From the NCBI GenBank assembly GCA_051362555.1, contig CM120648.1, positions 1,341,721-1,405,720 of the forward strand: DNA of 64,000 nt. Direction: 5' to 3'. Positions 14,440 through 27,363 of the stretch are shown here, piece by piece. The notes beneath the pieces were generated by a model. It worked only from the letters and a program-made list of their open reading frames with translations, was not told the origin of the DNA and made no database searches. The stretch is from Lingula anatina (lineage: Eukaryota > Animalia > Brachiopoda). The translations under genes and the position numbers were made by a program. How positions within the stretch are numbered: the stretch's first letter is position 1; each line of letters starts with the position of its first letter.

Positions 14440-14888
14440 TTTGACCAATCATAGGCACTGTAAAGAATATACCCGGAATGGCATATTGCACGTGCACGAA
14501 CATGCATTCAAAATATTGTAATATTTGGCATATTTGGCATTGTTCTTTTATTTGATTTTATTCTAGAAATTTTAACATGAAGCAAATGTGTAGAATGGCA
14601 AAGTTTCATTTACATTGCATGGGTCAGTGTTTAAAATAATGAAAAGTTTTTCAGAATGGCCTCGAGACTATATATGACGTCACAAAATTTGGTTCAATCA
14701 GAGCAGCGCTTTCATCGAATAGGGCAGACAGAAAGCGATTGTTGTTCACGAAGAAAAACACACCGACTTTAGCATACACTTACAGTTCTTCATTTATTAC
14801 AAATTTCGCAGCAACGGACTTTACCAACCGGATTAACAGCAAATTATATAAGAGATAAGGCGTATAACGTGAACGAGGAGAATAAGAG
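14440..14888 (+). promoter_or_regulatory. Candidate per promoter and non-coding exon 1
   Basis: CCAAT (~14445), E-box CACGTG 14489-14494, full CRE TGACGTCA 14675-14682, E'-box AACGTG 14866-14871, strong donor AG|GTAAGT at 14889, further CACGTT at 14167 and 14986, and CpG-rich sequence near 15.1 kb. No ATG in the putative exon. TSS not determinable. Confidence 0.55.
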
Positions 14889-15336
14889 GTAAGTTGACTA
14901 GTAGATGTTGTTTTAGTACGTACTACATTGATAAGTTTTGGAGAGCTTGGCTTTGGAACATTGTAATATTAACGCGTATATCGGTCACGTTGACTAGACA
15001 GGTGCACTTATGCACTGCATGATAAGCGTCTTGGGGTAAAACTACGTACTTATATTTTCACAAAGACGATTTGGGCCGCTAGAATGGACTTTTTCCATCT
15101 CATGTAGTTTTCTAGTAGGCTGAAATGCGCGCGATATTCGCGCACGCAGACGACGGATCTCACGCGCATTGCCTTGATAGGATCGGATGTGTGTAATTCA
15201 TTCCTTGCTGGTAATTTCTTAAAATCATATTCAATATCGGGTCTGTATTGGTATAAAGATGTGAGTATGGCCAGTAATTATGGTGTGGATTATTAATTTA
15301 TTGCTAGACACGCCTGGTTGTCACCATGATTAATTT

Positions 15337-15564
15337 ACACCCCATTTCCATAGATTTTTAGATCGATCTATCCCTGTGAGGAGTCTCACTAGATTACTGT
15401 CAGCTTGGCCGGCTTAAGCATCTGTCCCGCCTACTAAAAGCTGTAAGGGGGTAATTAACTATGGTGCCCGCTCGGCTGACTGCAATTTAGCGTGAACCCC
15501 CAGGGAGTTAGGTCGATCTAAAACTTAATCTTTAGATCGATCTAAATCTCTGGTAAAGCACCCC
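15337..15564. mobile_element. MITE family C (others ~4218-4471, ~18910-19092, ~19519-19667, ~20469-20683, 21573-21800, ~32878-33060)
   Basis: Shared core tagatcgatctatccctgtg.ggagtctcactagattactgtcag; the 15337 and 21573 copies are nearly identical. Confidence 0.88.
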
Positions 15565-16375
15565 TAGAAAACAATTGTCGTAAAATGGCTACATGATTAA
15601 ATAAAAGTGGGGTGCATAAACTTTGCTCCGTTCTCTAAATGATGAGGAGTTCGTAAGCATTTATCGTGGATTTTTTCTTTCAATCCCCGAGTTTGATTAA
15701 CAAGTGATGAATTGGATGATGTAGCCTGGGGGGGGTTAGTGTAAGTGGAGTGAGTTTGAGTGTGATTTGACGGCTGTTTCTCTATGATTTTGAAGATTTA
15801 AGGCACAATTATGGGCACTCTTGTTTCACAAGCTCTCTCCATTTTACTACATTCTTTTTGAGTACTTTTAATTTTTTAAAAATATTTTAATGTATTTATT
15901 ATTTTAATGTATTTTTTATTTTTTGCTTCATGGTAGACTGGTATGGAACCGTAAGGTCATTTTATGTGGTTCTAAAGTATATGCACCCAGTTTTTAAATC
16001 ATGTAACGACTTAATGACCATCATTTTCTAACCAATCAAAGTGACAGCAGAGCGTGGATAGACAACCTTCAGCGTAGTTCTATTTTTCCACATTTATTGG
16101 AGTGCACCTATGCTCTGTGGCATGCTGCTACATACTTCTTTAGTAATGGAATTCCTACCTTGAACTGCCCCCAAATTTGAATTTTAATTTGTCAAAATCC
16201 CCAGGAGGCCTTTGCTAACTTGCAAGTGACACAACTGCTATCCTCAGACCTTAGATGTGTATGCTAAGTTTTATAGGCTTGTTTTCTTGAAAATGAAAAC
16301 GCTCACTCTTAATTATATCTCTATATAAAGGCCAGACATACATTGTATATATAAAGGTGGTATGTGTGAAAGCTT

Positions 16376-17243
16376 AGCCTTCGTTCACATGGAAAGTCTA
16401 TTTTCTAAAAATCTATTTTCTATTCGCGGTATCTTGTAATCACGGTCCCTGTGCCCCACCCTGAGCTTCAGAGATAACTTGACACTAACCTCTTCACAAT
16501 AGCCTATCTTCATCGTGTCAAGTTACCTCTGTTTATATAAGCCAATCGAATCCAAGTTTCAAAATTTTTCACCAAAGTTTGGTGAAAACGCTGATTGGTT
16601 GACCGTCAATCGGCAATCCTCGGCTGATTCCGCAAGCTCCATACTAACAACAAAGTTATTGTCGAGTGCGGAGACATCAGAGTAGTGCCGAGTGCATAAC
16701 CGTACACAAAGCATGGCGTCTTCTACGAGTGACTATGTAAAATAATGTGTTAAGTTATCTCTTGATTCTTTGCAAAATATGAGTATATCGGAATTGAAAC
16801 CAGAGCAGTTTAAGGCCCTGCATCATTATCTACTGAGGGATGATGTATTTTGCGTCCCTGATATTGAGCCTTATCTCTGATTGGTCCGGATTTGAACAAA
16901 GCGCGCTTTGACTCGTTCGCGTTCATTGGCTAGATCGTTCAATGAGTCATTGAGTGCGGGCTTTAAATTTGATTGGCAGGCGGCGGGGGCAATCGAATGT
17001 GGTCAGAGGTAACTTGACACGATGAAGATAGGCTATTGTGAAGAGGTTAGTGTCAAGTTATCTCTGAAGCTCAGGGTGCTGTGCCCTGAATATCCCGAGA
17101 ATTAATTACAGCTTTGGAAGTAACTGGCTCGCGCCGCCAGTAATTACACTGCTGGATATTCAGGGCACAGGGACCGTGATTACAAGATACCGCGAATAGA
17201 AAATAGATTTTTAGAAAATAGACTTTCCATGTGAACGGAGTCT
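16376..17243. mobile_element. MITE family E, host of the 622-bp element (other copies ~21960-22138, ~24609-24740, 37866-38864)
   Basis: Long TIR cgttcacatggaaagtctattttctaaaaatctattttctattcgcggtatc and its reverse complement; four copies in the window. Confidence 0.88.
16457..17078 (+). mobile_element. 622-bp non-autonomous DNA transposon with ~75-bp perfect TIRs, 8-bp TSD and a RecQ-like helicase 5' fragment (AcademH-like)
   Basis: TIR CACCCTGAGCTTCAGAGATAACTTGACAC...; TSD CTGTGCCC at 16449-16456 and 17079-17086; frame from 16713 reads MASSTSDYVK*...ISELKPEQFKALHHYLLRDDVFCVP. Confidence 0.85.
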
Positions 17244-17311
17244 TAATGAATAATAGGGCAATCAAGCCAAGGTGACCTTCATCATATATCTATTTGGAAT
17301 ATATATATATA

Positions 17312-17876
17312 TGTAACAGACGGACTCTCTGGTTGTGTAAAATGACTTTATTGCTACAACTAAAATTTTCACCCTGTAATAAAGGTGACATATGATTAAA
17401 TAAAATGACATACAACAAATAACTTATAATTCTATAGTTTACCTCTATGATAAGGAAATAATAAATTTGATATAGATAACTACGGTTTATAAAGGCTATA
17501 ACGGCTTACCCTGATCTTATTCAAGGGCGTTTAGAAAGAGTGCTGGATATACCAATACGGCTTGGTCTGAAAACTAGAGTAGAAAACGATGTAATACAGT
17601 ATAGTAGAGTGGAGTTGGATACGCAAAAGACGAGATAAAATATAACTAGAGTTAACTAGATGACATCCAACTTACCACATAGAAACAGACAGACGAACAG
17701 CAACTTTAGCACTATTTGAAAATACGGCGCCAATGCCTTTTATAATGTGAAGTCACATGACAAAGACGCGGGAAGACAGAACAAAGGGACATAGACAAAG
17801 GAACAGACAAAGGAACAATTAGAGGGCGTCAGAGTCACATCAAGTCACAAGACAAGACGAGTGACGAGTCCATAGT

Positions 17877-17880
<4 letters not shown>
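17312..17880 (-). mobile_element. Solo LTR (569 bp) inserted in a (TA)n microsatellite
   Basis: TGTAAC...GTTACA termini, (TA)n on both flanks, TATAAAAG and AATAAA in the expected order on the minus strand. Confidence 0.75.
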
Positions 17881-17935
<55 letters not shown>

Positions 17936-20900
17936 GCATATCCACAGTACTGGGTAACGACAATGGGACATGGGCATCAAAATTTCAACATGGCGCGGAT
18001 CTTGTGGCCACGCTTTCTGCTCACATGTAAATATTATCGGGAAAATGTCGATTACCTTCAACGAGTTGGGGAAGCACATTGCGATCCTGAATCGGCAGTT
18101 AAACAGTAATGACATAAAATCGTCATCTGTGATTGTACGCACAGTTGACAGGATTTCCTTACACCTTGTTGTTTTATGAAAAACAGAGTGTATTTCAGAT
18201 ATTTAAATTCCGAAATTGAACTGTTTGTATGGATCCTGTGTATGGGAGATCATACTTTGTACTGAAGTTGAAACAATGGTAATGCAAGATAACCCCTTTT
18301 TTTTAACCATCAAAATTTGCCACATAGAACAATTTACTATTTACTTTGAAAAATAAATGCACAGTTCTGTATCATCATTTTGGTATGGTTAGATTTTTCA
18401 GATTTGCTTAAAAAATCTGTTGAAATGAATCCAGGGACTCTAAATGCTTGGTAGATATTGTAGTCGTCTCATTCAGTGTCTAAACATTTTAAGCTATAAG
18501 ACCTCAGAATCCTCAGAGCAATCAGGCTGTGAAAATGGGCTGGTGATTTATAAAATTAATTTTCTTTTTACTGTCTTCTATCTCCTTGCCTCTTTAGTTG
18601 TGACAATTGTCTGAGACTAGTGACTGTCGCAGACTGACATTTACCAAGTTCTGTACTTTAATGATCAGCCCTGACTTACATGGATGTCTGCTTGGTACAG
18701 TTCTATAAGATGTGGGAGTTATAGATCACAATGAACTGAAAGCATGCGTTGGCAGGTTAATCCTGTGCTTTCATTGGTTCATACAGAGAGCACTGCTTAA
18801 GTGTATACTGTCAGTCACCATGTGGAAATTCAACAGGAAAGATTTTAATAAAGAATTTGACATTGAAAGGAGATTTAATAAAGGTCATTCAGTACCTCTG
18901 CCAATGTAAGACTGCATTACCACAGATTTTAGATTGATCTATCCCTGTGGGGAGTCTCACTAAATTGCTGTCAGATTAGCCGGCTTAAATGTCTGTCTTG
19001 CCTACTAAAAGCTGTAAAGAGGTAATAAACTTTCGTGCGCGCTCGGCTGACAGCAATTTAGCGTGAAGTTAGGTCAATCCAGATGGAACCCAGTCTAAAA
19101 CTGAGTATTTTTTAATCTGCATAATGGTTGGCCTGTTTGTCTTTTTGCTTAGTTGACAAGATATCACAAAAGTTTGTCATCAATTTTCATGAAAATTTTA
19201 GGATAGGAATCATTCAGGGAAGAAAGGAGTGATCAGAAATTGAATCGATGCAGGATCTTTTCATACATTAAGTTATTTTTGTTCTCCCTTTCTGTCTCTG
19301 TAATATTATTGCAGTTATCTTTAGTTAATATGGTAATGACTTGGATCAGTTTCCCTTATACAGCGTTTTTAGTGGCAGTACACAAATTAGTTTTTTTTAT
19401 CGATTTTGATGTAATATTACATAATGCTTTACAGCATAATCACCATTTAATAATATACTATAATTATCAGGGATATTCAGAAAATATATCAATGACAGCT
19501 ATTTAGAAAAGGTCTCTAAGGCTGTATTCCCAGAGCTTTTAGATCGATCTATCCCTGCGGGAAGTCTCACTAGATTACTGTCAGATAATCCGGCTTAAAA
19601 GTCCGTTCTGCCTACTACAAGCTGTAAGGGGGTAATTTCGTGTTAGCTCGGCTGACAGCTATTTAGGCCCTTCAGGCCCATGACATTTCATAGTCACACC
19701 TTTAAAATGCCAATATGTATGAAGGTGAAAAATGTACTGGATGAGTTTATTTCCATTTTCAACAATATATTATAGGAAGTAATTCACAATAATCAGTTTC
19801 ATTTTAAATGATCAACTGAAATGTTAAGATGAGAAAAATATCAGTAGAACAATTTTGAAAATTGCAAGAGATTGAATTTGACAAACTGCACTAATATGAG
19901 TTATTTCCATTTTTGACATTTTTCAATACGCAATAATAGACTTACCATCATTTTCATATAATCAACTAACAAAATTCTTAAGATGCAGAAAATGTCAAAA
20001 GAGCACTTACAAATCTCATTAGTTCAATACTGAGACTGTTCACATGCCTTAGAATTGAATCGGAGGAAAACCCACTAACAAGCAAAAAACAGCATTACTT
20101 CACAAAAATAAACAGAAAAAGGGAAAAAATAGCATAACTTTTGGAAAAATGGTCCAATAAAACTGATATATATTTGAACTCAACCTGCATTTTATGAATA
20201 TATATTCATCTGTTCTGTAAGTTTGAAATCAAAAGGTCAAACAGTTTTCCACTTATCATTATAACACTGAAAGTGCATGATGTCGACGACAACAATAGAA
20301 GCAGGTGTTGCCTATATATATGCATAGAGACCTGTCTGTGTCTGTACATAAAAGTCATAATAAATGAAATAATAAAAGGCAAAATGTTGCACTTGTTTAC
20401 ATTGTTATAAACATAGAAGATATTACTAGCTCAGAAAAAACAATACTAGTAGGTTCAGGTATGCTTTAGACCCCATTCCCATATATTTTAGACCGATCTA
20501 TCCCTGTGGGGAGTCTCATTAGATTACTGGCAGCTTAGCTGGCTTAAGCATCTGTCCCGCCTACTAAAAGCTGTAAGGGGGTAGTTAACTTTTGTGCGTG
20601 CTCAGCTGAATGCAATTTAGCGTGAACCCCCAGGGAATTAGGTCGATCCGGATGGATCGATCTAAATCTCTGGGAATGCACCCTTGGGCTCAAATAAGCT
20701 ACATTATATTGTGATGATCTCCCTTGTATCAGAAAAATACTACGTTCTATAAAAAAACAGTCAGTACTGGTATACTTTGAGAGACCCACACATGCAGTGA
20801 TGCTGAAGAGGGGTTTACCCCCTTTCAAAAGCTCTCTGCTAGTTTGCATAGGTCTGTTTAGTTGATTGGTTAGACATGGTTTATGTTAAGGCTCTCATTA

Positions 20901-22467
20901 GCTGAATTTACAGCTATTAAGTTGTAAGCCTTGCCAAGTTTACCTGTACTGACTGTATTGTTTAAGTAGTAGTAGACAACTCCGAGAGAGAATGAGCGAA
21001 AATAAAACCTCTGTCAAGTAATTCAGCTAGCTTTGTTTGGAAAATATTACACTTTGGGAACAAAAAGTTTCTTGAACGTGCTGCATATTATTAACTTGTT
21101 GAAAACAATCGGTATTGAAAGATTGCATACAGTTACTGCTCTACTGCAAATAAATGACAATTCCCATAAAGGCGAACTGTCAGAGTAATTGTATTCATTT
21201 GTGGTTGTTATTGTTTACTACAAATGTTGTAGATAGCAGTATTACGGTTTAGGTGAGTCTTCCACCAAATCTAATAATAGAACACTTCATAGTACTGAAA
21301 TTTAATAGCATTGACTGGAAAAATTATAAATAGCTTATGTAGACAAAAGGAAATTATAGACTAACAAGACACATTGCGATGTACAGACTCTAAGGACCAG
21401 TTTATGTCAAAGCATATCTTACTGAGTGATAAAGTTCAAGAAAAAAATTAGTTTACATTTTAAAGTCAAAATATTGATATTTTGCAGCATTCTAAAAAAA
21501 AGGGATGTCTGTGTGAGACTGTGTACTAGTAAACAACACTGTGTGAAGGGAATATCAGTAAACAATAAACATACACCCCATTTCCATAGATTTTTAGATC
21601 AATCTATCCCTGTGGGGAGTCTCACTAGATTACTGTCAGCTTGGCCAGCTTAAGCATCTGTCCCGCCTACTAAAAGCTGTAAGGGGGTAATTAACTATGG
21701 TGTCCGCTCGGCTGACTGCAATTTAGCCTGAACCCCCAGGGAGTTGGGTCGATCTAAAACTTAATCTTTAGATCGATCTAAATCTCTGGGAAAGCACCCA
21801 TAGCCCCTATCGGTCAGAAAAATAGTCCACTCTGAATCAAATTTGCTCCAGATTCTGTACCCTTTCTCACATTGGGTGAACTAAAAAATTTCTGCCCCCA
21901 GGCCTGTGTAGTGAAGTACTTCCATTTACTAGTAACTGTTCATTGTTTGTAGTGCTCTCTTCAGGTATCAGAATTTCCTCCGAGCGCAACCAAGATTTAA
22001 TTACAGCTTTGGAAGCAACTCGCTCGCTCTGCTAGTTAATTACCCCGCGGGGTATTCAGGGCACAGACTGTGATCACTAGATACCGCCAATGGATTTTTA
22101 GGTTTTTAGAATTTAGATTTTTCATGTGAACGTAACCTAAGTTGGTACTAATTAGTCATTTCAGTCACAGTCAAGAAGAAGGATATTTTGCCTTGGCAGT
22201 TCACCAAATACTTACTTTTTGCCTCAAATGCCATATTAGCAAGCAGCAAGGTTACTATATATCATTCCATAGAAAATGTCTAGGTGGTACTTGATATTAC
22301 AAGAGCCTAAAATGAATTTGAAAAACGATAATTTGGAAGTTTTTGTGCATTTCGATCACTGCAGTGGTGAACAAGGAAAGTGAAGGTCATCATCAGGTCC
22401 ATATGGATGTCGCTGTTGTTTAGCAGGGGAGAAGACTGGGGCTAAACTTACCCAGTCTTCTTTGGTG

Positions 22468-23351
22468 CTTTCAAAAATTTCCCACCTTTGATAATTATGT
22501 AGAGTATGTATCACAGACATCTCGCCGTGTACAGATTTCTCTTTCAGAACTTATCATGGAGCAGTTGGGCCCCTGGGCCCACAGTATGCCGGTACGCATT
22601 TCACAATCTGTTACGCTCCACTCTTTTACTCCTTTTCATAAGATTTTTAGGGTGACTCCCGTTAACGCCCAACATCAATACATAATTATTAAACATAGCA
22701 AATAATTTTACTTTTCAAATACATTGAATTTATAAATACAGAAATTATTGTAAAACTATAATTGCCTTTATAAAGCAATATATTGTTATATGGGAGTCAT
22801 TCCTATCAATTTCTCACGTGCCCCAGCGCATGCGTTAACTATCTCCGGGTCATGACCCAGAGCACTAGGCATTGGACCTATCAGTAACCCCAATCCAATC
22901 ACGTGGGCACAACATACTAACAAAGGTGCAGATAGACAGCTACCGCGAAAGAGGAAAGTCAGAAAAGAATTTTACACAGCGAGCAACAAGAAAGGTAAGC
23001 CAAGGAATACGGTTGTATTCTAAATATGTTTTTTATCCCACCCACGCCTTCCCATACTCATTACTTTTCACACCCTCCTTTGGGTGGCGCTTTCAAAAAT
23101 TTCCCACCTTTAATAATTATGTAGAGTATGTATCACAGACATCTCGCCGTGTACAGATTTCTCTTTCAGAACTTATCATGGAGCAGTTGCCACAGTATGC
23201 CGGTACGCATTTCACAATCTGTTACGCTCCACTCTTTTACTCCTTTTCATAAGATTTTTAGGGTGACTCCCGTTAACGCCCAACTTAAATATATAATTAT
23301 TAAACATAGCAAATAATTTTACTTTTCAAATATATTGAATTTATAAATACA
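22468..23351. repeat. Direct duplication of ~270 bp (22468-22740 and 23090-23351)
   Basis: Near-identical copies starting ctttcaaaaatttcccaccttt; copy 1 carries an extra ~11 bp (ggcccctgggc). Confidence 0.9.
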
Positions 23352-26120
23352 CACACACACACTTTCACAAGTGACGTAAGTCAATACCTTGTTGATTGCC
23401 CCGACTTTTATTGTTACAGAATCCCTGACTGTATTGATGGAAATATAGGCAGAAAACTACTTCAGTGGCAAGGTTTAATTTGTTATATTTAGTTAGTTCT
23501 TTTTAATTGCCTGACATTGTCTAATAAATGTCATTTAAGTAAATAAGCTAGTAGATTTGCTACAGTGAAATTTAAGAAATGGCAGTCAGTCTACGAAGAC
23601 ACAGATAGACTTTTGTGATATATGCATGTCTCATAGTGCACTTGCGGAGGTTTATTCCATCAGCATTTGATAATTTATGGGTGAAACCGTATTCATTTGT
23701 ACAGATGAAAGCTGCAAGCTGCCACATTACCTCTGTTGCACACGCTTCAAATTAAATCATGTTGAAAAAGATGGCAACCTCCGTGGAAGTCATGGTGAAG
23801 TGTGATGACAGTTTTCATTTTTTCATTAAGGCTCACAGGTATAACTTTACCATAAAACCTGACTGTTAGAAGTTAAGAAAGAATTTTTTGTTTTAAAAAT
23901 ATACTATCAGAGCAGACTTTTGAATTGAAAGTTGATTGATAAAAAAGGTTTTCCATTTTTTTGGGGTCTGTAGTGGTGGTCAATTCTCAATATTTTTCAA
24001 AACCTGAAAACATTTTTTGAAGTTTTAAATGACTAAAGTTTTAAAGGCCTAAACTAATCAATATTGCTGCGAAATGTGAATTATGTATACACATATTATA
24101 GTTTATGTGAAATACAACTTTAAAGAGAGCCTAAATTTCACCCCAGTACAAAAGGAAACCCCTACAATACCCATTGGTGGTGAGTAGTAAATAATGCACT
24201 GTCCACGAGCCCAATATCATGATAGCATGCTATCGTGGCATGCTATCGTGGATATCGGGCAAGGGGGTAACAGTGCATTATTTGTCATGCATACAAAGGG
24301 AATTTGTGCGTGTTCCCCACCCAAACCTCCTAACTTTGAATAAAACACACTGATATCACCGCACATGGGGTGATATCAAAGAATGGACTTTCCCCGCATT
24401 TTCTGCCTAATTGCGGTCACCGTCATTTTCATTTGCGTGAATGGTTTGTGGTTGCGTGTGTATTGACAGAGACATGGGTCAGTGGGTTTTTGTGAGTAGT
24501 TGGCTGATTTCCTGCCCATCTTCCGCACGTGGCAGTCACTCCATCTCATTCATTGTATCGGTTCCTGCAATCCTTTTGTTTAGATATCACCCCCATGGTA
24601 TGTATCTAAGGCTGCGTTCATATAAAAAATCTATTTTCTAAAAATCTAAAAATCTATTTGCGGTATCATGTGATCACGGTCTGTGCCCTGAATATCCCGC
24701 GGCGTAATTACTGGCAGCGCCGAGAATTAATTACAGCTTGCTACGTCTGTTATGAAAACTGGGCAATATAATAGTCCAGATAGACATTGGCTGGGTCCTG
24801 AAATGATTGTATCCATCTCACATCTTTTATATGATTTCAATTGATTAAAATGTAATATTGCTTAGGAGAACTCAGTTAGGTGATAGTAGTTACTGAATTT
24901 GACCTGTAGCTGGTCAAAAATGAAGCAATAAGGATCGAAATAATTACAAGCCTACCCAACTACCAGACTCGGCACTGAAGGATCCTGAATTCATTGGTAG
25001 ATCGGACCACACTACCCGTTTTCAAGGTGTGTGTTAGTATGCATTTCACAGTATCATACCCCGGAACAAATTTTGAGATGAGATACACTATACTTTCCAA
25101 CCCTGCTGAAAATCATCACTATCACACCGCGTACAAGGCAAGAGCAGTGTCACAACTGATACTTCAAAGCCCGTACTGACACACACCTTGAAAACGGGTA
25201 CTAGTAGTGTGGTCTGATATACTGGTGAATTCAGGATCATTTGGTACAGAGTCTGGTAGTTGGGTAGGGCTGAATGTACTCTTTGTAAATGCTCCCAAAC
25301 ATTTCTGGGCCAAGCTGATAGGTGGTTGCAGTCTTGAACAGCCTCTGCCTCTGAAAAGGATGGCGGCATTGCTTTTTTTCTGAAAATGACATTTTTTATG
25401 GACAGCCACTGGATTGGCTCAGAGATTTGGTGCTTTTAACTTTGGTGGAAAAATGGAGATATTGACAACTCTCAACTTTAAATTTGAAAATTGGCCGGTA
25501 TAAACTTCATTGTGTCCTTTGTTTTGGCATTTATGAGGGGGTTGTTCCCACAAGATCGAAGTGCATGGAGTGTATAGATAATTCAAGCATTTTGTCTCTT
25601 GAACACAGTGCACTTCAAGTAGTATGTGGGCAGACTGGGCTAGCAATTTTTTTCGCATAGCCAAATCACCAATTTTTTATCAATTTGTTATCCAGAAGGC
25701 TTTAATTTGACTAAAATTAGTCAAATCAAGCCCTTTTTGTTTAGCCAATTTAAGTCATTTGGCTAAATTGACGAGTGTTAGCGCTACCCCAGGCAGAGTA
25801 ACTACGTATTATACACTATATATCTGGGCTTTTATCATCGAAAATGTGCACATGGAAGACAGCCTAGGGTCTGAGCTTATTTCTGCCCCGATGTTGGTGT
25901 GTATTGAAAGGTTCACCAAAGCGGGGCGTCAGCAATGCACTACGGACTGCATTTTGGGATATTTCAATCCTTTAAGTGACAGGCTTTGGGTGTCATTCAA
26001 CTTTCGTTAAAATACAATTTTCTTCTAGTAGCTGTTGAATGTTATCGTGCGTTTTTTATAACAAAGGATTGACAAAAAAGTTTTAAAAACCATCATATGG
26101 CCGAAGGTCTTTGTTTGCCT

Positions 26121-27363
26121 GGGCCCGGTTGCACCAACAGGGGGTAAATTTACTCGGCTACGACAGTCGCAAACCGCAACGCCTGGCGTCCGTGCAGGTT
26201 TACCCTCCCTGCTTACGCCCGTTGCACCAAGACAAAAACTGATCGTCGCAACTACGCCCGAGTAACGCTCCGTTGCGTCACTGGCCAACAATACGTGGAT
26301 GGTATAATTGGGCAAATGAGGAGTTCTCAGCTGCAGTCATAATGGAATGATGACATAAATAAACACAAAAGGAGCATTTCAGTGACGGAGAAATTCATGA
26401 GCTAAATTATTCCATTTTGATTTAGAAATAAGAACGTTAAAATACGTTAACTTTGCTGTTGCCTTGGATATGTAGCAATAAAATTGTAAATATATTCCGA
26501 ATCAAAATATTATTATAGTGTGCTATGTATGCTATTATAGTATGCAGTTGTAAATGAGAAAAACGCGTTGGAGGCAGTACGTATTTCTATTAATGGATTT
26601 GAACACCTTCACATTTGTAACCAAAACTATTGAGTCTGAAAATAATGCAAAAAAGCCAGCATTGCTTTCTTTTTATAATTTTACAACAGTGCCGACAATT
26701 TCACGACCTTTTTTTTTATCTATGGTTACACCGTGAGGTATCATTTAATTCAATCGATCTTACATCTTGGAGATTGAGAAATACAAGAGACCTAATACAT
26801 ATTATATGAGTCTTAAAATGTTGATATTTTAAGCTTTCATCTCTATGATTATATACAGTAAAATATGAATGATATAAAATGTGAATAAAAAATGACAATG
26901 GTTAGTTATGGTTTGTCAAAAATTGTGAAAAGAATTAAAGAAACCGTACTGCCGAGAGCCAAGGCGTGTCGACATGAGTGGTAAGATTTAATTTGAACAC
27001 ATGCATATACATGTACATGGCTACACACATAATGTATTTAATAATCAGTTATATATATATATATAATTAGTTTTTTTAAAACCAAGCTATGCAGACGGAA
27101 GTTTTGTGTAAGAAACAAACAAATAACAACCCACATAATCTACGTTAACTACGATAATTGTCATCAAACTCTCTCTGTGCCAGCCTAGCCACAGTGCAAA
27201 ACGAACTACGACCGACTTACTCCACCTAGCTGGCAGGCGTAAATTTACGACAAAGTTAAGACCGACGTAAACACTTTTCTAGTTTGGTGCAACTGGCTTT
27301 TTCCTGGTTTATGCAGGCGCAACTGCTACGCCTCACTTACGACCGGTTGGTGCAACCGGGCCC
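26121..27363. mobile_element. 1.2-kb non-autonomous DNA transposon with CWG flanks (Harbinger-like)
   Basis: TIR GGGCCCGGTTGCACCAAC / GTTGGTGCAACCGGGCCC, with internal repeats of ttgcaccaa. Confidence 0.8.
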
